Source: Callorhinchus milii
Lineage: Eukaryota
Direction: 5' to 3'
Length of the DNA: 60,000 nt
Assembly (NCBI RefSeq): GCF_018977255.1
Contig: NW_024704742.1
Span: 98,210,001-98,270,000 of the forward strand
Below the pieces are notes generated by a model. The model was given only the letters and a program-made list of their open reading frames with translations. It ran no database searches and was not told the origin of the DNA. Both the position numbers and the translations under genes were made by a program. This document shows, piece by piece, positions 36,878-49,951 of the stretch (position 1 is its first letter; the number at the start of each line of letters is the position of its first letter).

Positions 36878-37240
36878 CAACAACAACAACAACAACAAGA
36901 TTCAATTTATAGTGCGCCTTTCATGTCGGGAGGACGTCCCAAGTCGCTGAAAGGCGATATCAAATTCCAGATGAAAACCAAATTCCACATTTGGTTTCTG
37001 AAAGAGTTTCCCTATGATAGACCTGGTTCTGATTGTCATATCTAATGTAACAATTAGGATCAGAATCTCCAGCTGGTTGTCCACAACTGATTAAAATAAT
37101 TATTTATCTTAATAGAGACTAAATGAAAGTTAGACTTGTGGAAAGTAAATACAAAAAGAATTTTAATTGAAATTATTCATCTTATTTTCTTTATTGACGT
37201 CCTCCTGATGTGAAATTTTGTTGTTGTTGTTGTTGTTATT
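36878..37240. mobile_element. Two short L2 tails facing outward (36878-36950 minus; ~37195-37240 plus)
   Basis: gcctttcatgtcgggaggacgtcccaag and gacgtcctcctgatgtgaaa...(ttg)n. Confidence 0.8.
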
Positions 37241-37359
37241 GTGTAGAGGTAGAGACGTATCATTGTGTGACTGACCTACCAGAAATACTTGTCTGTAGAT
37301 AATGCGAATACATAATTAAACAATGTGCTAATGTAGCACATTTACATTGATTGTATACC

Positions 37360-37690
37360 ACAGAACCAGGCCATTCAGCCCACCCAGTTGATGCTGTGAT
37401 TATACTTTGCATGAGTCTCCACCCATTCCTCACTCCCTCCCATAACCTTCTATATCCTTCTCTCTCATGTGTGTATCTAATTTCCTCTTAAATGCACCTG
37501 TACCATCTGCTTCAACCACTGTTTTGGGCTGCAAGTTCCACATTCTTAAAAACCTCTGCATGACGAAGTTCCTCCTAAATTTTGATGCTCTGGTCACTAT
37601 CTTATACCCAGTAAGTGGCAATGTATGCTAATCTTATCAAACCTTTTTATAATTTTGAACACCTCTATTAGATCCCCTCTTACACATCTC
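37360..37690 (-). mobile_element. CR1 LINE 3' end
   Basis: FRRNFVMQRFLRMWNLQPKTVVEADGTGAFKRKLDTHM is a typical CR1 ORF2 C-terminus; 3' UTR hairpin gggctgaatggcct. Confidence 0.9.
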
Positions 37691-37707
37691 TTATCTCTTA
37701 TCTTATG

Positions 37708-38026
37708 TGGAGTCCTGTACCTCAGTGGTTAGAGCACTCGCTTTGCAAGCGAGAGACCTGAGTTCAATTCCAGGTAGGGCGAAACCTTGGGCAAGTTTCC
37801 TTACTCCACACACCTAATAATAATCCCTCCTAAACCAAAAACAATAATAAATTGGTCATTTTCAATCTACGACTGTTTGTGGGACATTGCTGTGCGCAAT
37901 TGGCTGCCGCGTTCGCCCACACATATACAGTCAATTCACTTTACAGTGTGTTCTGTGAAGCACTTTGGGACGTCCTCCCGATGTGAAAAGCGCAATATCA
38001 AATGCAAGGATTATTATTATTATTAT
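37708..38026 (+). mobile_element. Young tRNA-Ala SINE, short form, full length
   Basis: Head tggagtcctgtacctcagtggttagagcactcgctttgcaagcgagagacctgagttcaattcc (A and B boxes, TGC anticodon); tail aatgcaagga(tta)n. Confidence 0.95.
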
Positions 38027-38129
38027 CTTGTGAAAAAATTCTTAATCTATCCAGTCGATCCTGAAAGCAGTAACCTGCCAGCTCTGGTGTCATCCTCATT
38101 AACCTATTATTCACTCAGAAGATAAAACT

Positions 38130-38370
38130 TAGCTCAAAAGTGCGGTGGGTCTGCCTGTGCGGGTGAACATCAAAGATCCCGCGGCACTATCAAAGCTTTT
38201 CCTGGTGTTCTGGCCAGCAATCCCCCAGTAAAATGATCATTCACCTACTGGCTATTTGTAGGATATTGCCTATGTTTGCCAATAAATACAGTCACTACAT
38301 TTCATAGTGTGAAGCATGTTTCGACATGATAAGGTGCTATATAAAATGTAAGAATTGTTATTATTATTAA
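38130..38370 (+). mobile_element. Deu-domain SINE, partial
   Basis: gtctgcctgtgcgggtgaacatcaaagatcccgcggcacta. Confidence 0.8.
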
Positions 38371-38577
38371 CAGTAAGTCATGAAAAGGAGAGGGAAAAGC
38401 AGGATGATTAGCACAGAAATATTGAGTCACTTCAGCTTCAGACAGAAGAGGAACTCGTCCCCTTGGCTGGTATTTCACAGTTTGGGAATACTTCAGTTGG
38501 CTCATATAGACGAGCAATATTTCACTCAGAGCCCAAATTGAAACCATGCTACTTTTCCTGCCTGCCTCTTCTAGACT

Positions 38578-39055
38578 CATAGAAATTCCACCTGGCCCTA
38601 GATTTACTCTGTTTTCTTAGCCCTTTAAAACATTCAGGATTTGGCAAATTATTAAATAATAATAATCCTTGCATTTGATATAGCGCTTTTCATGTCTTCT
38701 AGACGTCTCAAAGCGCTTCACAGAATAGACTGTAAAGTGAATTGACTGTATATTTTGTGGGCGAAATGCGGCAGCCAATTGCACACAGTAGTGTCCCACA
38801 AACAGCCGTGGATTGAGTGACTAAATTATTATTTTTTTTGAAGGGATTATTACCCCTGGAAAAGTAATCTGCCAATCGACTATCAACTGGATTCCTACTT
38901 ACTGCTAGGTAAACAGAGGCGTGTGGAGTAAGGAAACTTGTGCACTGTTTTACCCTGCTGGGAATAAAACCTAGGTCATCTCTCTTGTGAGGCAAGTTCT
39001 TTAACTAGTCTGCGAAGAAAATAGAGTAAGTCTAGACACAGTGGAATTTCTACCC
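38578..39055. mobile_element. MITE-like element interrupted by a long-form young SINE (~38655-38995, minus)
   Basis: Left end tagaaattccacctggccctagatttactctgttttctt is complementary to right end aagaaaatagagtaagtctagacacagtggaatttcta. Confidence 0.8.
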
Positions 39056-39519
39056 GTCTAGTCTAGAACAGTAATAATAATAATAATCCTTGCATTTGTT
39101 GTAGTGTGTTATCAACTCTTTGAGACGTCTCAAAGCGCTTCACAGAATATACTGTAAAGTGAATTTGCTGTATATTTTTGTGGGTGAAATGTAGTTGCAA
39201 TGTCTAACATCTGAGGAGAGGGAGACATTGGTACAGAATTCTGAGCTAATCAACCACACAATTGAAATTGGTTGTGGAGAAATATGCACTATTAAAATGA
39301 AGAGGAATCTGGCAATAAAACAATATAAACATAAAACTATCTTATTTGCAGTTTTTTTTTGTGATTCGTTAATCCTTGTTGACACAGTGCAACTCAACTC
39401 CAGAAGTAGATTATGTTGGACAGCAGTTCCGTTGGGTCAACATGACATTTTTAAATGTTTTGAATAAGTTAAAATAGGATGAAAGCTGTTTTCACCGGTT
39501 GGTCAGCTGGTAACTAGTA

Positions 39520-39960
39520 CACATAAATTTAAGATTATTACCAAAAAAAGGGAGATATTAGGATAAACTGTTTAACACACAATAGATTATTAGGACATGG
39601 AATGCTCTACCAAAAACATAGTTAAAGCAGAATTCATATAGTAATTTGAAAGGGCATTAGACAACTATATACAAAGGAAAAATATAAAAGGATATTGAAA
39701 AAGAAGGGGAGTGGAACTCAGAACATCACATGATTAGTTTGGATGAAGAAGGCCCTTTGACCTATTTGATTTCATCCCTCTAGAGTACCTACCCTACTGT
39801 TCTCCTATCACAGCATCAAGCTATTTCTTGAGTGACTCCAGTGTCCTGATCTCAGCCACCTTTCCTGGCAATTTTTCCAGATGTTAACTAACCTTCTGAG
39901 TAAAGAAGAAACTTCCTGGTATCTGTCCAACCCATTCAAAATATTTACAGATTGACAACT
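39520..39960. mobile_element. Two CR1 3' ends tail-to-tail (plus ~39520-39720; minus ~39720-39960)
   Basis: tttaacacacaatag...tggaatgctctacca...tttgaaagggcattagac; minus RLVNIWKNCQ...SRNSLML. Confidence 0.75.
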
Positions 39961-40027
39961 GTCCGAACTGAGAAACATACTACTTAGTTGTTTGTAAAAT
40001 ATAACCATATTTAATATTAAATATGAG

Positions 40028-40480
40028 GTTCCAGCTTGGCTTAGTTGGTAGCCCTCTTGCCTCTGAGTCAGAAGATTGTGGGTTCAAGCTTTATGCCAGG
40101 ACTTTGAGCTAAACTAGTTCAGGCTGACACTTGAATGCAGTTCAGTGCTGAGGGAGCACTGTATTGCCAGAGATGTCATCCTTTGAATGAAATGTTGAAC
40201 CAAGGTCTCATCTGCTTGTTAAGGTGGACGTTAAAGATCCCATGGCACTACTTGAAAAGAGAAGGGAGTTTCTTCAGGTGGCCTGACCAACACTCCTCTA
40301 GATAAAATGGCTGTTTATGTGGCATGGCTGTTTGTGCGATATAGCTGTGTACAAATTGGCTGCCATTTTTGCATACAAAATGCACAGTCACTACACTTTA
40401 CAATAAGAATCCTGTGAGCCCTTTGAGATGTCCTCCTGACCTGAAAATGCAATGTTAAATGCAAGGTTTATTATGATTAT
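40028..40480 (+). mobile_element. Deu-domain SINE (SacSINE1-like), full length
   Basis: Clearest copy: tRNA-like head, gtggacgttaaagatcccatggcactacttgaaaagagaagggagtt, and L2-like tail. Confidence 0.92.
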
Positions 40481-40511
40481 CATATAACTACAGTCGTCTG
40501 CTGAAATTGTG

Positions 40512-41191
40512 TGGTCACCGAATCCACGACTGTTTGTGGGACATTGCTGTGCGCAATTGGCTGCCGTGTTCGCCCACAAACATACAGTCAATTCACTTTA
40601 CAATGTATTCTGTGAAGCGCTTTGGGATGTCCTCCCGACGTGAAAAGCGCTATATCAAATGCAAGGATTATTATTATTATTATTATTATTATATGCTTTG
40701 AAGGACTTTGAGATGTCTCGAAGCCATGATAAAACGCTATATCAAATCCAAGGATGATAATGATGAAAATATATTTCACTGTGTAAATGACAATTTGTAT
40801 TGCTTGATTTTAAGCGAACGCCAATGTTTCGTAAAAAATATGTATTTATCCATTTTATAATAGTGAGAGACCTGGGTTCTATTTCTGGCAGGGCGAAATG
40901 TTGGGCAAGTTTCATTATTCCACACACCTCTGTTTACCTAGCAGTAAGTAGGAACCCTGTTATTATTCGATTGGCGGATCACTTCTCTGGGATAATAATC
41001 CCAGAGAATTTAAAAATAATAAAAAACAATAATAATTTGGTCACTCAATCCGCAACTGTTTGTGGGACACTGCTGTGCCAATTGGCTGCCGTGTTTTGTA
41101 GTCAATTCACTTTACAACATATTCTGTGAAGCGCTTTGAGACGTCTAGAAGACGTGAAAAGCGTTAAATCAAATGCATCATTATTATTATT
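40512..41191 (+). mobile_element. Cluster of young SINE pieces: 3' half 40512-40691, tail 40696-40765, long form 40863-41191
   Basis: Repeated gactgtttgtgggac...aattggctgccg body and (TTA)n tails. Confidence 0.9.
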
Positions 41192-42757
41192 ACACCATCC
41201 TTAGCACAACGAGCATATTCCATATTTCACAGCAATTATCCATTCTAACTTAAGGTGGGCACATAAACAATCCCATTAATTCTATACACGTCTATGATTC
41301 AGGATCCTTGTCTGCTAACAACATCATTATAAGCTGTGGTAAATAAACAGATGATCCATCTCTATTCCAGGCTACGAGATAAAGCTCATTTTATAACTCT
41401 CATTAATTCAGTTTTCATACTTGTTGCAGCAGGTGGAGTATTTTATTCTCCCAACTCATTAATCACTTTTAGGCTGAAGAACAGAGCTGAATTAATATCT
41501 GACCACAGCAAGAGACAGAACAATCCATAACAGTGCGCTCAGTGGCACATCACATTGTGAAAAGTAATGTGCTGTAACATGACCTAGGCAAAAGATACAT
41601 GTAAACAAATGCACAGCACCTGTGTGGAAAATCTGTTCATAGTTGTGGCAATCTGATTGCACAGATCTGTCCTTCTGTACAAAATGCGTTATCAGTTTGA
41701 AGACTATGGCAGCTGTTATGTTTTAAACACATCCTGCCTTTGTTCCGAGGCTCTCATTTGTAATGCTATTTTTGTTATAAGCTGAGTAAACTTCTTTTAC
41801 ATTTTTCATGTTACAAGGGATAGTCACCGTGGAATGCAATTATATGAAGCCTGCATATTGCTGAACTTTCAAGGACAATGTGCAATTAAGATGGTGTGCA
41901 CCTTTTAGCTTGATTCTGTTTTTCACGCTTAAGAGTTGCTCTCAGGCATCAGAATTTGCTGGGACATCTTTCAGAGCATTGCATAGCAGCCAAGCCAAAA
42001 ATCTATAAAAGTTATTTCTATTGAGGATTAAATAATAGGGCAATCCTTAGTAAGGAATCCAGAATTTAAAAGGCAGATAATTTATCGTCTGTTCATTTTG
42101 CGCGACTCCCCCCACCCCCAAACAAAATAGAATTATTAACTGCAAAATGAATAGCACTCATTTTGTCTTCACCAAATAGATTTGAAGAATTATAGAATTT
42201 GTGGAACATTTGTTGTGTTTTATACAGTTCAAATCTAGATATTTGTTCCCTGCAGTTCTAACAAGTGTGATTAAGAACAACATGGTTTTGTAATTAGGGT
42301 TCTTATTGAAATATTAAAGATAACAAAGAACTCATGCAAATTCACGCTGCATAACATGGCAAGCCTATATCTCTGCAGTTACTGTGGGAAAGTCTGAGCA
42401 ATTATGTTATCAGCATTGGAAATATTAAAATATGATAGCAGATACAGAGGTGATTCCCTCGTGTAACATGAAATGGTGAAGATTACATAGAGAGTCTATT
42501 CCCTGCAATAACATGCAATGCCCTTGTGAATCTGAAAGATAGTGATCAAAGGAAAATGGAAATATCAACTCCAGACAACCTGGCTAAATTCCCCATCAAA
42601 TATGTTCTCTCCTTTGAATTATTGCTTATAAATGAATTTGGGATCAAAATTGTGGAATTCCTAAACACATGCTTTAATTATCATTGCCAAAGCTTCACTT
42701 TGTCATTTAGGAAGTTGCAATTCTATTTTGCAGACTATTTTCAGCGCCACTAAGTTG

Positions 42758-43853
42758 GGGCAAATGGCTTTTCCTCCAGCCCTCGCACTGTCTTGTGCGG
42801 TGTTCCTCAGGGCTCTGTGCTCGGTCCCCTCCTCTTCATTCTCTACATGCTCCCCCTTGGTGACATCATCCGCAGACATGGGATAAATTTCCGCATGTAC
42901 GCGGATGACACCCAACTCTATCTCTCTGACTCCACCCTCAACTCCAGGACTACTGAAGTCCTGACCGACTGCCTGTCCGACATCAAGTTCTGGACGAGGG
43001 GCAACTTTCTCCAACTCAACGTCAGCAAGACCGAGGTCCTCCTGATTGGCTCGCACCAGTGCCTCCGCACCTCAGGCGCTGGCAGCATCAGCCTCCATGG
43101 CTGCACACTCAACCTCACTAAGTCAGTCAGCAACCTGGGTGTCTTGTTTCACCCTGAACTGTTCTTTCTCCCCCACATCCGGCACTGCCTACCACCACCT
43201 CCGCAACATTGCCAGACTCTGCCACTGCCTCACCCCTCAGGCTGCCGAAACCCTCACCCACACATTCGTCACATTAAGGCTCAATTACGGAAACTCCCTC
43301 CTCATCAGCCTTCCCAACTCTTCCCTTCACAAGCTGCAGATCATCCAAAACTCTGCAGCTCTCATACTCTCGCACGCCAGGCTCCATGACCCCATCAGTC
43401 CCACCCTCGTCCGACTCCACTGGCTCCCCATCGCTCAGAGAATCGAATTCAAGATACCCGTCCTCACTTTCAAGGCCTTCCATGGCCTTGCCCCTTCCTA
43501 CCTCTCTGACCTGCTGATTCCCTTCCAACCTGCCCACTCCCTCCATTCAGCGGGCTCTGGTCTGCTCCATGTCTCCCGCCCGACCCGCCGGGCTTTCAGC
43601 CTCTCTGCCCCCACACTGGAACTCCATCCCATGGTCCCTTTGCCTCGCTTCCTCCCTTGCCTCCTTCAAAGGCGGTCTCAAGACGTTCTCTTCGATCGTG
43701 CCTTTGGTCTCCCTCCCACCTCTCTGCCTTCCCTCACCCCTACACCACCCCTCCCCCATGTTCGGGTCCCGACACCTGACTGTTCAGCGCTTTGGGACGT
43801 CCTCCCGACTTGAAAGGCGCTCTATAAATGTAATTTTGTTGTTGTTGTTGTTG
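42758..43853 (+). mobile_element. L2 LINE, 5'-truncated (RT core to tail), frameshifted
   Basis: GVPQGSVLGPLLFILYMLPLG...YADDTQLY, NFLQLNVSKTE, LHWLPIAQRIEFK; tail ending (ttg)n. Confidence 0.97.
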
Positions 43854-44309
43854 CAGTGAGAGAAACTCATGCTTGGTACTGAATTGTGAATTGTAAATTG
43901 TAAAATAGTTGTATATTTCACTGCGGCGGGTTCGACAGGCAGGACAGTGGGAGTCAAAGGAATAGGTAGTCATTCTCAACTAGTTGATTAAATTACTAAC
44001 CTTCCCAACAATCATCCAATATTCACCATTTGCTACTAAAGTCATCCAAAGGACACCTTCGAAAAAAGCCAGCAATTTTCCAACACTGCAACACTTAGCC
44101 TTTAGTTTGTTTGGTTTCTGTACAACACACTCATAAATTAATGTATGACAGATTGCAATACAGATTAAAATGCACATGGATTTATTAAATTGCATAGTGC
44201 TATTGATAGATATGTTTATTATGATGTACTCCCACATTTCCCCTTGTTTGTTGTCAACTTCACCTTTGTGATTTTATATACGCTCTAATGGTTGCTTATT
44301 TACTTGTAT

Positions 44310-44682
44310 GTAAAGATTCTCATTCGCACTTTCAAATCACTTCACAACCTGGCACCTCCCTATTTCTCCAATCTGCTCATGGCCCACTCCACAATCCCCC
44401 TGTGCTCAGCTGACTCAGGTCTTATGCATGTCACTCGTCCCCTCCGATCCACCATTGGTGGCCGTGCTTTCAGCCACAATGCCCAAATCTCTGGAACTCC
44501 CTGCCTCAATCCCTCCGTCTTGCCTCCACTCTGCTCATCTTCAAATCACACTGAAGACTTTTTTATTCCACTGTGCCTTCGGTCACTTCCCCTCCCTTTC
44601 CAGCTCAGCCTCAAACCATACCACTGTTAAGTGTTCCAAGACGCTTCTTGCATGAATGTGTTACATAAATGAAAGTTGTTGT
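44310..44682 (+). mobile_element. L2 3' end, old
   Basis: KILIRTFKSLHNLAPPYFSNLL...TIGGRAFSH. Confidence 0.9.
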
Positions 44683-44962
44683 ATATATTGTCGCTGTCGG
44701 CATTTACAGCTTGCAGAAGACCCACTCCTTGTGTGTGCACCTATCCCTGAAGTAGTCACTGCTGTAATCACAATGTACTTAAAGTTCTCTGAAAGATGGT
44801 GTCTATTGTAGATTCTTAAAAGTCTATGATGCTCCATGAGTTACTAAGATGAGTGTTAACGTATCATACCTGTGCCATCTACCCATGCCACCCACCAGTC
44901 ACTAAAGAACACTATTTCTTGAAGTTGAGAATGGAATCATAGGAACCATGGAATCACAAGAG

Positions 44963-45258
44963 AATAATAATAATAATAATCCTTGCATTTAATATAGCGC
45001 TTTTCACGTTTTCTAGACGTCTCAAAGCGCTTCACAGAACATGCTGTAAAGTGAATTGACTGTATATTTGTGGACGAAACTCAGCAGCCAATTGCCTAAG
45101 CAGTGTCCCACAAACAATCATGGATTGAAAATGACCAATTTTTTTTTGTTGTTTTTTGGAGGGATTATTATTAGGCGTGTGGAGTAAGGAAACTTGCCCA
45201 AGGTTTCGCCCTGCTTCGAATTGAACCCAGGTGTCTAACCACTGAGCTACAGGACTCC
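44963..45258 (-). mobile_element. Young SINE, short form, with the anticodon arm deleted
   Basis: ttgaacccagg-tgtctaaccactgagctacaggactcc lacks tctcgcttgcaaggcgag. Confidence 0.92.
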
Positions 45259-45641
45259 AGAAGGTTACCTTGCTGCCTTGCCTCCAGCTGAAGTATTCAT
45301 AAGAGAACTTAATAATAATAATAATCTTTGCATTTGATATAGCGTCTTATCACGTCTTCAAGATGTCTAAAAGCACTTCACAGAATATACTGCAAGACTT
45401 CCAGGTTTGCCTTCTGAGCAAGTCCATAAAGGTATCCCCATATGGGGGCAGTTATTTGAGGTATGAGAGCACACAACTTATTGTGTTTACTCTCTAAGAA
45501 CAGAGAAAAATAGGAAAATAGGAATATAGAAATGTAGAAGGAGGTTACTCAGATGTAGAACTTGTTCCACCAATTCTGAATTCGATACTCCTGTAGTGTG
45601 TGTCTCCAGGCAGAGAGAGTGCATTCCCTCCAGACATTTCC

Positions 45642-45972
45642 ATAATAGTATCTTTGCATTTGATATAGCGCTTTTCACATCTGCTAGACATCTCAAAGCG
45701 CTTCGCAGAATATACTGTTAAGTGAATTGACTGTATATTTGCGAGTGAAACATGGCAGCCAATTGCGCACAGCAGTGTCCCACAAACAGTTGTGGATTGA
45801 AGTGATCAATTGTATTATTGTTGTTTTTTTTTCTTGGGGGATTATTATCAGGCGTGGAGGTGTAAGGAAACTTGCCCAAGGTTTTGCCCTGCCGGAAAAC
45901 AAACCCAGGTCTCTCGCTTGCGAGGCAAGTGCTCTAACCTTTGAGCTACAGGACTCCTCAGTGGTTAGAGCA
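45642..45972 (-). mobile_element. Young SINE, short form, with a fold-back copy of its 5' end
   Basis: Full head followed by ctcagtggttagagca (45957-45972). Confidence 0.92.
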
Positions 45973-46149
45973 GTGGATAGATGTGTAGATGGGATGTGTG
46001 GAACACTCGGTCTGGTTTAGGCATGGTGATGGTTTTCTGATTGTCTGGCTGACCAAAAAATCACACAGTTTTATTGCTTTTAGCTAGTAGTTTATCCTAT
46101 AAATTTTTAGTTTTTACAACAACACTTAGGAATTCTGGATGATCGTGTG

Positions 46150-47477
46150 ATTTCCTCCAGTCTGGTTTCCACCCTGCCCACAGTACAGAGACTGCACTTG
46201 TGAAAGTCTCAAATGACCAGTGCTCCCTCTCTATCTGTGACCAGGGCTCTCTCTGTCTCCTTGTCCTCCTGGACCTCTCCACCGCTTTCAACACAGTCGA
46301 TCACGCCATCCTCCTCCACTGCCTTTCCTCCGTCAACGACCTCAGTGGGACTGCACTCGCCTGGTTTGAGTCCTACCTCACCAACCACCAGCAGTACATC
46401 TCCACAAATGGCTTTTCCTCCCGCTCTCACCCAGTTACCTGCGGGGTACCCAAAGGATCCATCCTTGGCCCCCTCCTCTTCCTAATCTATGTGCTCCCTC
46501 TTGGAGATGTCATCCGCAGACATGGCGTATACTTCCACATGCATGCGGACGACACCCAACTCTATTTTTCCACCTCATTTTGCGACCCCCCCAGTCCCCT
46601 GATGTTCTGTCAGCCTGCCTGTCAGACCTCAAGAGCTGGATGAGCGCAAATTTCCTTCAGCTAAATGTTGACAAGATGGAACATACTCTTTGACTCTCGT
46701 CAACGTCTTAAATTGCACGATTCTCACCTCCTCCACCTACCCAACCTCCCCCTAAAACCCTCCGAACCCACATGCAACCTAAGCATCAGGTTCAACAACC
46801 AATTATCCTTCCTCCCCCATATCCGGTCCCTCACTAACGCCACTTTCTTCCACCTCCGATGCATTGCCCGTCTCCGCCAATATCTCACCCCAAAAGCCGC
46901 TGAAACCCTGGTCTATGCCTTTGTCACCGCTCGGCTGGACTATTCAAATGCCCTCCTCGCCAGTCTCCCATCCACTACCATTCATAAAATCTAGGTCATC
47001 CATCCCACATTCTTACCCGTACCAAACTCTGCTCCCGATTACTCAGTCCTTGCCAGACTGCACTGGGTGCCTGTCCCAAGAGGATCGACTTCAAGATCCT
47101 CACTCTTGTCTTCAAATCCCTCCACTCCTCTGCACCCTCCTACCTCTCTGACCTCTCTCCTATTCAACAGTGCCCGTTGCCTTCGCTCAACCGGGTCTGG
47201 CCTCCTCCTTGTCCTCCGAATCCTTCGCTCCACCATTGGCGGCCGTGCCTTCAGCCACTACGCCCCGAAGCTCTGGAACTCCCTTCCTCACTCCCTTCGC
47301 CTCGCCCCCCTCTCTTCCTATTTTCAGGTCTCGGCTAAAGACCTTTCTTTTCGACTGCGCCTTTACTCACCTTCTTCCCCCTCCCCCTGGCTCGGCCCCA
47401 GGATCCGTTATTGTGAAGCACTCTGAGATGCCGTCCAGCGTGGAGGGCGCTATATATATCCAAGTTATTGTTTTGAT
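46150..47477 (+). mobile_element. L2 LINE, second subfamily, 5'-truncated (RT to tail), frameshifted
   Basis: QSGF..HSTETALVKV, LLDLSTAFNTVDH, GVPKGSILGPLLF, HADDTQLY; tail gagatgccgtccagcgtggagggcgc. Confidence 0.97.
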
Positions 47478-47869
47478 TTAAATGACATTTCATGAAAATA
47501 TGTGTTAAATTAGCTTTATCTCCTTTTTATTATGAAATGAGGAATATTAGGCCTTGTTATAAAAAATCTATAATGCTTCTTTTGTAGGCTTGATACTGCC
47601 ACAAAGCATTCAGATAATTGGCTTTCCTCTGGTCTTTCAGTCTGCAATTAAACTAACTGAGCTGGCCAGTCTGTCAGATTGGCAGTAGCTTTATTAATAC
47701 CTATTTGTCCTTGTGGTTTGTCATGAAGTGACATCCCATTGCAAATGCTATGATTTTCACAACTTACCAATACACCATGGTTCCACTCACCCTCAAAGCA
47801 GCAAATATTGAAAACATTTGTCAAAGTACATCAGAAGCCTTTCTTCTGGTTCTGATCCAGGGAGCAACA

Positions 47870-48245
47870 AAAGTGTCAACTTGTCTCAAATGGTAGCGCT
47901 CTTGCCTCTGGGTGAGAAGGTTGTGGATTCAAACTCTCCATCAGGATTTGAACTCATAGTTATAATGACATTACTAGGACACCACTGTTATGTCAAGGGT
48001 GGATGAGACTTTTGGATGAGACATTAAGCCAAAGTCCCATCTACCTTTTATTTGAGCTGGATATTTAAAGATCCTTTCATACTATGGGAAAGACAAGGGA
48101 GTTTATCCAGGTGAACTGAGCAACAATTATCCAGATGAAATGATTATTATCTCATGGCTATTCGTGGGACTTTGCAATGTGCAAATGCGTACAAAAACAA
48201 TTACTACGTGTGATGATAATGGCTATGTAAAGTGCTTTGAGGAAG
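47870..48245 (+). mobile_element. Deu-domain SINE, decayed
   Basis: ggtagcgctcttgcctctgggtgagaaggttgtggattcaa head; ttggatgagacattaa...ttaaagatcc. Confidence 0.8.
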
Positions 48246-49369
48246 CTTGGTACAGTGGGTTTCATTAAAAAATTATTTCTTACAGTATTCCTGTTTCTGT
48301 TAGAGCTACTCCCATCATTAATCTAGCCACTGCCTGCCCAGTGAAAGTAGCACACCAGGTTTAAAGGTTCCTACTCAAGCAGCTCATGTCATCAATTCAC
48401 GTTCCAACTTTACTCCTCAGCTCAAAGGCAGGGTGTTGGACTGTCTCCACATATTTTGCTGTGACAAATCACATGCTTTGTCGCTGTACCAAATGCTGCT
48501 AAAGGCAGAAATCTGTGCCAACCTGCAGAATTCAAGTAGTTGAGTATCATTGGAACTTCTAACACGAGAAGACCCCATTTTCAGTCCGTTCTAGAGGATA
48601 GCCTAGTTTAAAACTGATGGGCATTAGAATTGAGTTATTTCAAAATGAACTCTTGCTCTTGTCACCGTTTGTGATAACTACACATTATACAGTTATCATG
48701 TAGCAAAAGAATATTTTTAATTCCAGTGCCCCCCAAATTTTCATGTTTTAATGCTTTAGGACTATTGTTTTAAAATCTGAGGCGCTGCAGAATTTCCGAA
48801 ACAAACTGGAAAAACAGTTTCCAAATTGAAATTGAATTTCAGATAATTTTACAAAAAACTGCACAATCTTAAGTTGAAGTGCATAAGAAATGTTTGGCCC
48901 CTAGTATTTTTCTTTAAAACAGGCTCATACAATTAAATCCTACAAAAGATGTAACTGCTAATGCAGTGCAGTAGGATTTGCAGCACGGAAGGGTTTAATT
49001 ATTAATAACTCCCTCTAAGAAACAGAGATGCCTTAATCAACTGAGATTCACCGAATCAAAAGCAACATGAGGGCACAATAAGTCCTCTCTGTTCCTCTGT
49101 TCTCAACATTTCGAGATGGATCTCTTTGTATTTTCAAACGCTTCAGATGAAATGCAAATTTCATATGAAAAAAAATTAACCTTTTATGTGAAAGTGTGAG
49201 GTACTGCCATTTGTTGCCTGAACTAAAACGTTAACAGGGCAATGCTGCTTCAATGCTAATGTTCAATAGTTGAGAAAGAAAACACACATTGGTGCATAGC
49301 ACAATAATGTGATTAGTCTTGGCAAAGATGTAATGTAATCTTGACCGCATTCTTACATGAGTTTAATAG

Positions 49370-49545
49370 AGTTTCAACCCTGCGCAGTTGGTAACATTCT
49401 CATCTCTGAGATAGAAAGCTGTGGGTTTAATCCCCACGCCAGGACTTCAAACTCAGTATAGACTGAGTGATATTCCAATACATTGCTGTGGGGAGTACTG
49501 CATTGTCAGACGTGCCATCCTTCAGAGGAGATGTTAAAAGTATGA
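49370..49545 (+). mobile_element. Deu-domain SINE, 5' half
   Basis: gttggtaacattctcatctctgag...gtactgcattgtcagacgtgccatcctt. Confidence 0.75.
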
Positions 49546-49951
49546 GGGTCAAATCCAATGAAAATTCTCCTCCAGAAGTAGATTGTGTCAGAATGGAGTT
49601 GGCATGATGTATACACGCACAGCAGTAAGGCATCGTGACTCGTGATTATTAACAGTTACTGTTTCACAGTGCCACAATTTGGAAACCAATGATTGGAACA
49701 TGAAACAGATTTAAATTCACATTTTTGTGTGTGGTCTGACAGGGTAAGACTAGGTGATATTTCACCCTGATATGTAATAAAAAATGCAGTTATTCTATGA
49801 ATCTGAAAGGAAAGAACAAAAAAAGTACAATCATGTCAAGAAAAGACGTATGAAATCCTTCCCTTACACCTGAGCTCTCCTATTTTGAATGGACATTTCA
49901 ACTCAGCATTCCAGGGCATCTGACATTCAATGACATAGGAGAGTGTACCAT

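Noticed and set aside
37708..37780. tRNA-Ala gene
   Set aside because: It is the head of a multi-copy SINE: no proper acceptor stem or poly-T terminator, and it continues into SINE body. The same applies at ~20190, ~30110 and ~45890.
42793..47426. Intact reverse transcriptase genes, retron or DGR
   Set aside because: All RT ORFs are 5'-truncated, frameshifted L2 copies with standard L2 tails
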